This document shows positions 41,350-54,814 of a stretch of DNA of 64,000 bases, piece after piece. The notes under the pieces were generated by a model. The model searched no databases. It had not been told where the DNA came from and saw only the letters and a program-made list of their open reading frames with translations. Each line of letters starts with the position of its first letter. Positions within the stretch are counted from its first letter, which is position 1. The position numbers and the translations under genes were made by a program. This DNA comes from Glycera tridactyla (Eukaryota): positions 41,292,001 through 41,356,000 of the forward strand of contig OZ286477.1 in NCBI GenBank assembly GCA_965644265.1. The letters run 5' to 3'.

Positions 41350-42550
41350 AAAGTTTGATATCAAATAACAATATCATTCGAATATTTACACGGAATATTA
41401 GCCCTCCGTCTGTGGGCATAACAGAAATGACACCTAGAGTGTCTGGTAATTCCATGATTTTTCGCCTTTTTGTCAGTGACCCCAAAGGAGGAGTCTGGAA
41501 TGGTCCCACCCATGCCCATTGCATGGGCGTCACGATATAGCACTGATGTAGCTGCCACGTCAACCAGGTGTCTATAAGCGGTTTCGTGGTGAGGTCCATC
41601 CATGGCGATCTTTTTCACTTTTTGTGAAGCTTGGTTTATGTAGTCAGGCATGGAAATTTCAGGGAGAGACAAGGACGGTGCAAACAGTATGTACCATCAT
41701 AGCACAGAGACCTAAAAACGTGGAAGATATTATGGAGGTAAAGGAACAATTATAAATTCAATAATCAATTCAACTACTTCATGTATTTTCTTCATTCGGC
41801 GTTATCTTGTGTGTTATATTGAGTATTTCACTAGTGTTCAACGGCTTGGATCAGAGTCTCCATTTTCCTTTCTCCCGTTCTCCGATTAAATCGAGAAATT
41901 CACCAGTCACCAAATCCGGACAGCCTTCCTCAACAGTGTATCTTTTCAACAGAAATACATCTGTGAGGATTTCATTCAGAAGCTGAAATATCAAATCAGT
42001 AGACCTATCTATGTCCACCTCATCAGCTGGTTGGTTCAGGACATCTGTCCAATTGCAAGAAATATATTTATAGTCCGCCTGTTTGTAATCCTCGAGAAAA
42101 ATGAATGATTTCCTGTTCAGTTACCTTACTTTTTCCGCGTCATAAAGATTAAACAATGATCAGATAAACCAAGGTCAAAAGTGCCAGATATTCGATACAA
42201 TTCTTTGTTGGATACTAACACTTGGTGGTCTATATTGGTAGATGATGGTTGTGTGACCTGGGTTTGTGAATCTATCAGTTGTGTCATGTGTGTTGACATG
42301 CAGAACGTTCGTATCAAGTTCCTATTGCAGCTACCTTCAGACACATCTAGATTGTCATCGCTCATCAAGACAAAACCACATGGGCCAAGGGACTCAATGT
42401 CGAGCATCTTATTTTCAATCAACTCCAGCGCATTCTCATGGTGGGTGGAATCCCCCTACACTCAAAATATATACAGAGAATGCAATAATCCATCTTTGTC
42501 AGCACCAAACATGATATTCGAGCAGCTGGCAGCAAAAAATAAGTGCCTAT
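41350..42550 (-). mobile_element. Decayed non-LTR retrotransposon ORF2 fragment (AP endonuclease end plus start of RT region)
   Basis: ORF 42126-42422 QLIDSQTQVTQPSSTNIDH...FDLGLSDHCLIFMTRKK matches the APE C-terminal PTR/IDH/SDH motifs. ORF 41348-41599 MDLTTKPLID...ISVMPTDGGLIF resembles the DG..K.LK and RPISVLP...IFE motifs. Not present in unit A. Confidence 0.75.
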
Positions 42551-42561
42551 GGTCAGCTTTG

Positions 42562-42630
42562 AACTAAATGGCCGAGTGGTGATATGCGGGCCTCCCATGT
42601 CAGCAATCTAGGTTCGAATACACATGGACC
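42562..42630 (+). mobile_element. tRNA-derived SINE head remnant
   Basis: A-box tggccgagtggt (42569) and B-box ggttcgaata (42611), 42 nt apart. No complete cloverleaf. Confidence 0.45.
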
Positions 42631-43024
42631 ACAACTTTTCTCAACGAATGACAGGCCCAATCTTGTCCGCATAGTCGAATTTTGCATGAGGTGTTGAAGA
42701 TTATCTATTTCAACTTCCCATTCGATATGCGCCGAACATGCTGTTGTCTGTATCTCCTTCAGCTCATTATCATAATTTATGATGCTCACTATATGACCAC
42801 TGACCTCATTTTCGGCAACCTTATACACAAAATATCTCGCTTACTGATATGCCTTCCCAGGAAGTTTATGGTTCATGTAATCGATGCAAAATATCATCGT
42901 TTATGTGTATTGTGTCATTTCATCAGTCATATGGCACGTTTTGGTCGTTTTGGCAAGGGTCACCACGATGGCTCAGTAGGTAGTCCTCGATGTTGTTCGC
43001 TGAAGTCTGTGGTGAGAATCAGCT

Positions 43025-44555
43025 GAGTAGATATGATGATTTGGACATGTGGTTGAGTATCTCAGGAATATCACTACATCTGATGTGGGAATATCACCAC
43101 CATGATGTCAAGAAACGCAATCGAATCAGACACAGCACGTGAGAACCAGGGAAGTAGATATGATGACATGATCTAGTGAATCATACCTGATGAACATCAG
43201 TCCATCTGTTGTAATGTTATCACCATAATAATGTCGAGGCAGGCAATTACATCAAACTCAGACGTGAGAACAAGGGGGGGGGGTTGATATGATGACCTGA
43301 TCTAGTGAATCATACCTGAAGAAAATGAGTCCATCTGATGTGATGTTATCACCATCATAATGTCAAAGCAGGCAATTACATCGAACTCAACACGTGAGAA
43401 CAAGGGAGGAGTTGATATGATGACCTGATCTAGTGAATCATACCTGAAGAAAATGAGTTCATCTGATGTGATGTTATCACCATCTTAATGTCGAGGCAGG
43501 CAATTACATCGAACTCAACACGTGAGAACAAGAGGGGAGTCGATATGATGACCTGATCTAGTGAATCATACCTAAAGAACACCAGTCCATCTGTTGTAAT
43601 GTTCTCACCATCATAATGTCAAGGCAGGCAATTACATCAAACTCAACACGTGAGAACAAGGAGGGGGGGGGGGGGTTGATATGATGACCTGATCTAGTGA
43701 ATCATACCTGAAGAATAGCAGTCCATCTGTTGTGATGTTATCACCATCATGATATCAAGGCAGGCAATTACATCAAACTCAACACTTGAGAACAAGGGGG
43801 GAGTTGATATGATGACCCGATCTAGTGAATCATACCTGAAGAACATCAGTCCATCTGTTGTAATGTTATCACCATCATAATGTCAAGGCAGGCAATTACA
43901 TCAAACTCAACACGTGAGAACAAGGGGAAGTTGATATGATGACCTGATCTATCGAATCATACCTGAAAAACATCATAGCATCTGATGTAATGATATCACC
44001 ATCATAATTTCAAGGCAGGCAATTACATCAAACACAACACCTGAGAATCAGGGGAGTATATATGATAACCTGATCTAGTGAATCATCTGATGTAATGATG
44101 TCACCATCCTAATGTCAAGGCAGGCAATTACATCAAACTCAACACGTGAGAACAAGGGGAAGTTGATATGATGACCTGATCTATCGAATCATACCTGAAG
44201 AACATCATAGCATCTGATGTAATGATATCACCATCATAATTTCAAGGCAGGCAATTACATCAAACACAACACCTGAGAATCAGGGGAGTATATATGATAA
44301 CCTGATCTAGTGAATCATACCTGGAGAACAGCATTGCATCTGATGTAATGATGTCACCATCATAATGTCAAGGCAGGCAATCACATCAAACACAACACGT
44401 GAGAACCAGGGGAGTAGATATGATAACCTAATCCAGTGAATCATACCTGGAGAACATTTGTCCATCTGATGTAACGATATCACCATCATAATGTCAAGGC
44501 AGGCAATTACATCAAATTCAACATGTTGGAACCAGGGGAGTAGATATGATAAGCT
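43025..44555. repeat. Tandem array of a 126-128 bp unit, 12 copies plus a partial copy
   Basis: Equivalent gatatgat-type anchors at 43030, 43157, 43286, 43414, 43542, 43678, 43806, 43933, 44059, 44165, 44291, 44417, 44543. One unit is lengthened by a G-run (136 bp) and one carries a deletion (106 bp). Confidence 0.95.
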
Positions 44556-47352
44556 CGACTAAAGTTCACAATGATCCCTTGCATCTTAGAATGACAAATA
44601 TGTCGATTTCGAGTTGGTTTCAGCGCGAATGCCACGGCCATATCCACCTGTTTTGCATAGAAATATTCACCGATAATGCCGGCGGATTAGCTGAAATGAT
44701 GGCATAATCCTTCCCAAAAGCATGCAGATGATCTAAAACCCGGTTTGGTAATCACCGGAAGACCTCTACCATACATAAAGTTGCTTTAAACTCAGATCGG
44801 ATAAAAAATGATGAAGTCATTGCTTGTAACATACTCGCAAAATTTGGATTTGACAGAGTTTAGTGCTTCAGACCAGAGGAACACCACACCACTCTGAGGA
44901 GTTGATAACGCCATCGTGGGGGCATTGCATCACGCAGATGCTGGCGATTCAATTCTCCAATTCCGTTTGACCGACTGCACTTCACAAGCTGATTCCAAAA
45001 GAGGACCACACTATTCCACAAAATTCGCCATGATGCATTCCGCATTGCATTCGAATCACATGGGAGTCAACTGATTTAAAAGTCATGGGTTGCAATGTAA
45101 ATTCGGTCAGCTGATTACACCAACACAACAGGGTCGGGAAGCAATTGAGTCATGGTTCGTGTTTGGCCCCTCTCTGTATACGATTACTCTACATTCGCTC
45201 TGACCTCATCATTCTCAGAAGCAGTTGAGCTGCCAGGCTAAACAGACTATGCAAATTGAATATCGATTTTATAAGTAGCCTGACTCCATTTAGGTATAGA
45301 GGTTTGAGTTCTCTCACTCAGTCTGGTATCTCTCAAATATACAATCTTGAGGCACCTAAGTAAGTGAGCGTACTGTACATAGCTCATCCAGATCCATCAA
45401 TATTACGGGATTTATGTGTGAAATCATGATGGATTTGACTAGTATATCTCCGGTTAGTCACTGCGATGATGCCGGCCCAGGAGCCACAAGCCCCCATCAG
45501 TGGATGACCGCACCCTGCGTCTATCATATGCATGCAAGAATGAACTGCTCTGTAATGTCCTCCTTACCGTACCCAATCAATCATATCAATCTCATGGCTC
45601 ATCCCTGAATCAGTGGAATTAATATATTGATACATATTATAGATGTAATCAGCACACTGGGCCATTTTTGATTGAAATGACGTTTGTATTAGGCACTGAT
45701 CAGCGAAAGAGACTCTGTCCTAACTTCCATCCAAGAAGACCACCGTGTCGACCGGGTATGCACGACACAGTGACCAGTAACCAGCTTGTTCCATTTCAGC
45801 CATCAGAAAAATCACACTAATATCCCGGGAAGCGTTTGTTTTAATTCGTCTGATGCAACATGCCAAGGTCTGACAATATGAAGGAGACGGCCAGAGTGAT
45901 GAATGGAGAGCGTAGCGAGAGTCAGCTCAGCAAAAAGAGAGAATGAGATCGAATAAATAAAAAAGGGCATGTTGGCACGCCTATGTGGTGGTGAAGAGCA
46001 GATTGCTGAGGTTGTGTTATAATGAGTGGGAAATCAGTCAGTGGATCAAATTATTAGTAATGAAGATGTTTTCTGTATTTTGCAGGTGAGAAAGATCATG
46101 ACCTATTGACCTGGTGAGAATGGGATACTCAGCATGATGCATCGACATGATCTCATTATATTGCCAGCTCTCCCATGAGAGTACATATAACACAGAATGA
46201 TTTAAAATCTGTTAGAAGAATAATTCATGGTTTGTCAGTGACACAGGTACGTGAACTTTTTTGATTTGCCATCAGTTCTAGAGAAAAAACTAGTCAAGAT
46301 GGGCATCATTTTAAGCTGATTTCCAAAACATGTACCTCAGAACATTACTGATAAATGGAGAATTGGTAGACTGTAATCAAATAGTCAATCATTGAATTGA
46401 TACACTGGTGGAGTGACCAAGCATGAATCTGAATACCTGGCTGGATAGTGGACCCAGCTGTCATCAGTCAAATTCTATATGATATGCAGTGGAAAACTCT
46501 CTTGCAGTGTTTCATCTGTGAGGACTGCACACTCTCAAGACTGCTCATATCTGCTGTGTAGTGGGATATTTGTGATATATGCCAACACTGCATGTCTTCA
46601 TTGCATGTAAAATGTGATGCAAATTAGTTTTTTCATAAATCATGCCTGGCTAATGCATACTCTCACATCTCGTGTGATTCTCTTCACATAATCACTGCAC
46701 ATCCCCCACATCTTCTTCCATATTATGCAGATAATACGTTTTCTTAATTACTCAACGCCTTCATCTCATTTTCTCCCATATTCCGGCCCATACAATGGAA
46801 AATTAGATATTCAACAAAATATTTCCATGGTTCTATCCGATGGTGAGATCTAATGTACTATCGATAGTGAGCACTGCACGATTCGACAAATCATCTTCTG
46901 ACATATCAGCGATCACTTTCCAGATGGCTGATGTATATCTGGTTTTATCAGGCCACTTTTTCTAAGATCATGTGGCTATATTGTCTAGTCATTCCATGAC
47001 ATGTGTATAATGAGATTCGCGTTTCATGAGACGGCAAATGAGAAAGAACAGACATGCCTCAAATTAACGTCTTCTTCCTGATGAACATTTGGATTGATAT
47101 TGGACTCTCCCCTCCTCTCAGTACCACCACAGATGATTAAAACCTGGATGAAACGAGGCCTCTCACCATACTCTGTATGCTTCTGTTGAGCTATATCCAC
47201 TGATCAATCATGTCTAGAGCTATTCACAGTGACATGAATTAGGCTTTTGTACCCTTGTTGGTTGGCTCAGGATGATGTATATATATATAGGGATGTGTGA
47301 GTGTCTGTATGTGTGTCCATGTGCATGAAGTGACAGGCAGTGGCCAACAGGA

Positions 47353-47383
<31 letters not shown>

Positions 47384-49030
47384 TAAACAGACAGACAGAC
47401 AGAAAAACAGACAGATGAACAGACGAACAGACAGTCGAACCATAAGACAGATGTAAAAATACAGATCCTGATGAGAGGGTAGAAAAAGATGATACGCAGC
47501 ATTGCAATGTGACTGCACTCCCCATGATGCATAATGCAGCACGTCAATCACATTGGACAGACTCCTAACTCAGTGAGGCTATATTGTATCTATGCAATCT
47601 TTGACAGATAATGATGAATGTGTCGTGTTCATCCATCGGATAAACAGCTAACATAATGGACGCCAACAATAAGTGTTCCGTTTGTATTACTTTCTATGTT
47701 CTTGTGAATCACCAGTGATTGATGATGTCCATGGAGGTCTGATGATTATGTCTGGTCTCTGTGATACTTCTGGGATGGGATGGGATGGGATGAGGTTGAT
47801 GTTCTCAGCCACATGACACACACTTCAATACTGAGCTCTTTCTGCATGGTGCCATCAATCTTCTCTACATGCAATGCAACATAAAACTCATGGGCAAACT
47901 CGCTATAAGGTTGAGGTTAGTCAAGGCTGTGAATGTTCAGGGTTGATATGGTGTTATCATCTGTGTGTGGCCTCGACTCTCATCAAAGACCGAATTGGAA
48001 CAGCTATTATGCATCAGAAAAACAAGGGATAGGAGGAGCTAAGTTAAGTTAATCATGTATAAAAACCTGTTATCTGAAGCGGCGAGTGGTTAGGTTGAGA
48101 CCGCTTCGTGGTTGGTGCAGATGTATTTCTGATGTAGAATGAGCAGCCCGATAACTATTATTTGTACGTTTATGAGAGATATGGGGGTCATACTTGTATA
48201 ATTGATGTGATGTCCATAATGGGCCATCATGCATGTACACAGGGGGTCAGAAAACATGCTAACAGCCTAATGGCATCTTGATGGCATCACTGCATGTATA
48301 TCCCATCAGACAACTGCGTAGCCTCCTGTAAGGTAGCATGTAATCAGCTTCAGGTTCCAAGACGTCAAGGATGACTCCGAAAAATCAATCTTGCCCTGAT
48401 GAATCGAGGTTTCCAATGGTTCATTTTACCGAGCATTAAGCTAAGCAAAAACATGATCTTCTATCCTGGCTGCACACTCGCACTGATGTCAAGGACAAAG
48501 AATCATTCCGTTGTGATACCTGGTAGTACCTGGACGAGTACTGTCTCCTGGATATGCTCAGCCGAATGTCTGACAGATAACAATAAAACTAATGACCCCT
48601 AAGTCATATATCCAATTACCTTTTGGTTAACGGCTCTCCCTGTTGGTGGCTTACTTGCATATTTCTTCCCTAACGTCCCATCAGCTCCTATTGGGTCATC
48701 AACAAAATATGTCTTTTCTATTATTAATAATGCAGAATACATGTTGACTCTGTTCGTGATTAATGAGTTATTTCAACTTTCCAGATACCACCTCTTGATC
48801 CCTGAATATAATCATTCTTCGTCTTTGGAGAAAAAAAAAGAAAACCATTCCATATGCTGGGCTCATCTAATTTTCGAGTAACTTTAATCTTGACGATCTC
48901 CTCGATGCCATATTGCCTTGCCCTTTCATGACATCTCAAAACGACTTCTCTGCCTTCTTCGATATTGTTTTGATTCACTGCACTTCCAATCTGATCCATG
49001 TTTCAGCACAGACAGGAATTATCTGATCGA

Positions 49031-50861
49031 AACACAAAAGCAAACATGAACTTGGAAAGACCGCTATATGTATGATGAAGAAGTCAAAATGAAACTCGAA
49101 TGAGTTTCAGGAAGATCTCGCTGGTATACGAAAAGGTACATATACAGATTCGGATTGTCAGATTTCATCCAGAAGTCCAAAGATTTGCGCCACTGGCTGC
49201 AACACATCTCGAGATGGACTGGATACCCAATGTATATGCTAGATGGATAGAGCTTGTCAGGTATGGAAACAGACTTGCATTGATGAAAAACCACCGTCTC
49301 CCGAGAAAAATTTCTCTGGAACCAGAAACAACCGTTGACTGGATGGCAGGCAGATATAGCAGAGAAATGTGATCATCTAAATATTGTTGACTCGAACCAA
49401 GATGCACCTCTGATATGCATATCTGAACTTGAGTGTATCCTTTGTGAGAAATCGAGACAAGAGTGGAAAAATGCAGCAATGGACAAACCAAAACTGAGAA
49501 CGTACCTGAAGATAAAAACCTTTGAAAACCCCATCAGTCTCGTCAAGTCAAATATGACAAGGAACCAGAGGAGCATCATGTCAAAGTTGCTGTGTGGTAT
49601 TCTGCCACTGGAGATAGGAACAGGTTGCTACGTGGACAAAAACCAGGAAGAGGGGCTATGCAACATTTGTGAAGGAGGAGAGGTTAAGGATGAGCTACAC
49701 TTCATCTTCCACTGCCCCGCCTTCACAGAACAACGATCCACAATCTGTGACAACCTCAATCTTCCAGCAGAATTTGAAACCCTGTCAGACTATGACGAAC
49801 TCAAACTCATGTGCAACGAGTCAAATATCAAGTATTTTGGTTGCACTCTCCAATCTATGTATATGTCCAGGAGAACCATACTATATCCAGTATAATGCTC
49901 AAATAAGTCACCGAAATAACATCACAAAATTTCTCATCCTACCTATGTAGTAATTCCATATTTTTATATTTCCTCCTCTAACATATCACATGAGTAGGAT
50001 CTTGAATCCACCCAATTGATATCTAAATATGTTAATATTACCAGAAAACTGGCAAGTAATATTCACTTTTGTTCTGCTTTTTCTTTCTCTTCTTTTATGT
50101 ATTTAAACCTATTATATTCGCCAATGTCGTGTAAATATGCATGTAATGTTTGCTGTTTGGGAGTGTGTATTATTGTACTATGTACCGAAACAATGTGAGA
50201 AGTAGCCTACGTCTCTGCAAAATATATGATTTGCGTAAAGAGACGTCAAGTCGGATAGGCCCGTCAGGGACCGGTGGTTTGTCAAAACATAGAGGAACAG
50301 ATATATGGGACCCATCGTATTCAATTGAAAATGTACCAACGAGAAGCAACCGAGTACCCAAATATTCACCAATTGATATGAACTCCCAAAACGCATATAA
50401 ATGTATAGCTAAGGTTTCCACTATGTATACCAACGACTTGTATATGAAAAATATGTTATGTTATGTTATGTTATGTAATGTTATATTGAATACCAACGTG
50501 TATGTATTATGAAAAATGTGTGCCCCAGTTTGAGTTCATGCTACAGGTCAGAATGAGGTACGATATTGTCACTGAACACATTGCAAAGAACAGTGTCCAC
50601 AAAGAGTCATATATGCACTTTGCAGGTTTTTCACGACTTGTGTTACATATTTCATGCTCGACCTGGAAGATGTGGATGACAAGGGGAATAGGTACCGGAA
50701 CCTTAGCATATGTGAATCTTGGTATTTCACGAATTTTGAGTGTGTCTTTATGATTTTCCCGTATATATGTTTCATTTGATTTATACATCGCCTAAAAAAA
50801 GGTTACGCTGACGCATTGTAAGTCTCTTACACTAGAGAATGAAGATAAAAAAAAAAGATAT
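49031..50861 (+). mobile_element. Insertion led by a non-LTR retrotransposon ORF2 C-terminus with CCHC zinc knuckle (RTEX-like, tentative clade), ending in an A-rich tail
   Basis: ORF 49335-49895: KPKLRTYLKIK...RSIMSKLLCGILPLEIGTG...LCNICEGGEVKDELHFIFHCPAF. The flanks rejoin to the uninterrupted unit-A sequence ctgatcgatgcagtaatg (~22862-22880). A-run at 50847-50856. Confidence 0.85.
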
Positions 50862-52733
50862 GATGCAGTAATGGTCTCGCCTCAGCCGAGAACCTAGCAG
50901 CATTCCTTTCTAGCAACAGTTCTTTTTCAGTTGCCTTGGCAAGAGTTCAGAGATGATCGAGACGGACCCTCTTTTTGGCTTGGGGATTTAGTGAGATACA
51001 TGCCCTTCAGGATGATGGGTGATTTCATAAATTTCACCTGGAACATTTAGATGCATATCGTGAGTCCATATACCGACATATGCCGACATATGCCGACATA
51101 TTTGCTACAAGTTTCTGAGTTCAATATCAGTGATCAAAAGTTCCAGTCTACTGTCCAGTGTTTTGCTGTTCAACATGCATTGTGTGCCTTTCTGTCATCT
51201 CAGTGTGCTCCACTCCAGGAGGATACCCCGGTACTGTCAAATGGACGTAATGCATATCTTCATCACCAAAGGGAGAATAATTCGGTAGGAGATACTGGGT
51301 TGACACTGATCTACTGTCAAGACATCATATCCCGTAGAATTTCATACATTTTGTGTCAGACATACCTCGAATGTCAGACACGCGAGAATTATATAGAAGT
51401 ATCATCACGATTGTTAGCTGCTGAATAACATGATGAAAGATTCACCCTCTGAGAGGGAAAGGAAAAAAGAAGAAAAAACGAAATGAATTGAAAAAAAAGA
51501 AGGATCTCTATACTCCAAGGCAACACTCATCTGCGGACACAAGAGACAAAGCATGCTGTTTACAGACTGTCTAGCAATATATTCATAACTTCTATAACTG
51601 ATGTGTTTCATAGTCTCCCTGATTGCTTTCTTCAAAAAAGAATTGTTCATTGACAATTGAATTGCATTTGTTTATTGGAAGACCCTTCATTGGAAGGCAT
51701 TCCACTTCACCGAAATCAAATAGAACCCTACGTTTTGTATTGGTACATTTAATGGATTATATATTGACAGTTTTTTGCGAAAACACGCCTGCTGGTTATG
51801 AGGTGACCCTATATCTGCCGGTGACAAGCAGAATCCCGTCTATGTCCGGTATGGACTACACCGCCATCATTCTCAATCAACTTCAGGATACCAGGTCCAA
51901 CCGTCACTTCCATTTCTTGCTCTGGTGTTAAGTGCACGATTGACACCCGGTGACACTCCCTTGATTGCTTCACACTTCTCTTGACACACTTTTAGTTTAT
52001 GAAAAATGTATCCTTTCACTCTGGAGTCTGTCAAGATCGTTGGGACAACACAAAATATGTGATATATATCCAGTAGGATAAAGTGACATCACGATATCTT
52101 TGATAGTCATATTTCAGAAAATTGAGGGATTGATTGAAGCGGTAGAGAGTAATGGCATGTGTCGCTGGTCCTGTAGTCCTTGCAGTCAAAGATGCAGTCA
52201 AAGATGAAAGGTATTATGATATCATGAGAATCATTATACCAGGCAGAAACCAACATCAACATATGCTGAGAGGATTATATCATAATGGCATCTATTAGAG
52301 ACGAGCCATCAACCTAACTACATCAAGATATATAAGGGAGACACTTATCAAGGGGGACCAAGATCATGATAACCATGAGAGACATACACTTTGGGATAAC
52401 AACCTCAAATTATCCTCCAAATATATGTCTCCTATAGATATGATGATGTTGGTATATCTTATATACATATATATAGATAACAAAAATGAATAAATGAACA
52501 GATAAATAAATAAATGAATGAATAAATGAACAAAAAAAACAAATGAAGAAAGAAATAAAGAAGGAAATATACATATCTGTTCAGACGTAGAATGATATTT
52601 ATGAGAGAAATAAACGAGGAAGAAAACGAAAAAGATTCATGGTATCCATATCAGACATATACTAGGGAGATAACAATACCATTCCATTCATGAGAGTTAT
52701 CTACTATGAGTATCCAACAACATTATGAAATCT

Positions 52734-53813
52734 ATGAGAGATATATACTATGAGGATCCAACATCATGATATGCATTAGACGTATAAGTAACATACTAGG
52801 AGGTTACCAACATTATGAAATCCATGAGAGATATATTCTATGAGGATCCAACGTCATGATATGCATCAGACGTATTAGTAACATACTAGGAGGTTACCAA
52901 CATCATGAAATCCATGAGAGATATATACTATGGAGATCCAACATCATGGTATGCATTAGACGTATTAGTAGCATACTAGGAGGTTACCAACATTATGAAA
53001 TCCATGAGAGATATATTCTATGAGGATCCAACGTCATGATATGCATCAGACGTATTAGTAACATACTAGGAGGTTACCAACATCATGAAATCCATGAGAG
53101 ATATATTCTATGAGGATCCAACGTCATGATATGCATCAGACGTATTAGTAACATACTAGGAGGTTACCAACATTATGAAATCCATGAGAGATATATTCTA
53201 TGAGGATCCAACGTCATGATATGCATCAGACGTATTAGTAACATACTAGGAGGTTACCAACATCATGAAATCCATGAGAGATATATACTATGGAGATCCA
53301 ACATCATGGTATGCATTAGACGTATAAGTAACATACTAGGAGGTTACCAACATTATGAAATCCATGAGAGATATATAGTATGGGGATCCAACATCATGAT
53401 ATGCATTAGACGTATTAGTAACATACAAGGAGGTTACCAACATTATGAAATCCATGAGAGATATATAGTATGGGGATCCAACATTATGATATGCATTAGA
53501 CGTATTAGTAACATACAAGGAGGTTACCAACATTATGAAATCCATGAGAGATATATAGTATGGGGATCCAACATCATGATATGCATTAGACGTATTAGTA
53601 ACATACTAGGAGGTTATCAACATTATGAAATCCATGAGAGATATATACTATGACGATCCAACATCAAAATATGCATTAGACGTATTAGTAACATACTAGG
53701 AAGTTACCAACATCATGAAATCCATGAGAGATATATACAATGAGGATCCAACATCATGATATGCATTAGACGTATTAGTAACATACTAGGAGGTTACCAA
53801 AATTATGAGGTCA
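52734..53813. repeat. Tandem array of an exact 90 bp unit, 12 copies, with degenerate flanking copies
   Basis: atgagagatat recurs every 90 bp from 52734 to 53724. Degenerate relatives occur at ~52200-52730 and ~53814-53890. Confidence 0.97.
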
Positions 53814-54814
53814 ATTAAAGATATATACTGAAGGCATAGCAATCAGCATCAGATCTAGCAGGAGAAATATACTAGCAGGATGAAAACATCATCATCATTT
53901 TGAGATGCATATTTCAGGGGAATATCATTTCCATGATTCTAATGAGACATAAACTAGTGAAACACCAATCAAGCATATATGTTAGACAGCGTGATATGTA
54001 GAGCATAGTCCTGGTTGAAACACAATCGGGAATATCTTGGATGTTTGATGAGATCAATTTCAATGAGGCGCCTTTCTCACTCCGTGGCATTTGAGAATGA
54101 CAGATTCTAATTATATAACACGTTAGGTTAGTTGTGATCTATAAAGAACCTACCACTACTCATCATATATGATCAAGCATGCTAGGCACATACTGCTCTA
54201 TCTAATATGAGATATTTTCCTTGGATAAAAGTCTATATGTTTGATTGTCTTGTATTGGAAGGACACCCATTGGTGAATAAATACAATGGAGAACGAAGAG
54301 AAGAAACTTGATATATCATGATTGGGTGAGCACGATAGTCTTATGTACTGGCAAAGACTTCGCACTATCCTTCCTGCTGCCACGAACATTTCAATTCCTG
54401 AACCGTGAACTGATCATCGCTGCATTATCCATATCTTTCTTGATCGAAATATTGAGTGGGAAGTGATGGAGTGAGCACCCGAATCTGTTCATCATCCATG
54501 AAACTAAAACTCTTTGGTATCCATATATCAGGATTGCAATCAGAAAAGTTGAATTGTTAGATTTTTCACCAGGTCTCATTAGGACAATGCATCATTTATT
54601 GAAGAGGATCCATCTCCCATCAAAATAGGTTGTCTGATTAGAGGTATCCACTTTTTTTCGATTTCCCTGAATTTGCATGAACGTTAGTGAACATACCTGC
54701 GGGGAAGGGGGGAGGGGTTCTAGAAAGCTAACGATACAGGGTAATGCTCCATGTCTCGACTATCATGACGACTAGTCTTTCTTCTGTGTATATGTGTTTG
54801 TGTCTGTCCGTCTG

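Noticed and set aside
42562-42630. Functional tRNA gene
   Set aside because: A- and B-box-like motifs are present, but there is no acceptor stem or proper anticodon arm. Treated as a SINE remnant.
42960-43020. Second SINE head (gatggctcagtaggtag)
   Set aside because: Only an A-box-like motif is present. The putative B-box (ggtgagaatc) is too degenerate.
50817-50835. tgtaag-tct-cttaca hairpin plus CTAG as a Helitron end
   Set aside because: The stem is AT-rich, there is no spacer before CTAG and no following T. Likely chance.
53216-53653. 145 aa ORF with a 30 aa repeat as a real protein
   Set aside because: It is the translation of the 90 bp array. Neighbouring units have TGA in this frame and no domain is recognisable.
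43025-53813. 127 bp and 90 bp arrays as CRISPR-like loci
   Set aside because: They are contiguous tandem repeats without unique spacers, there are no cas genes, and the context is eukaryotic.
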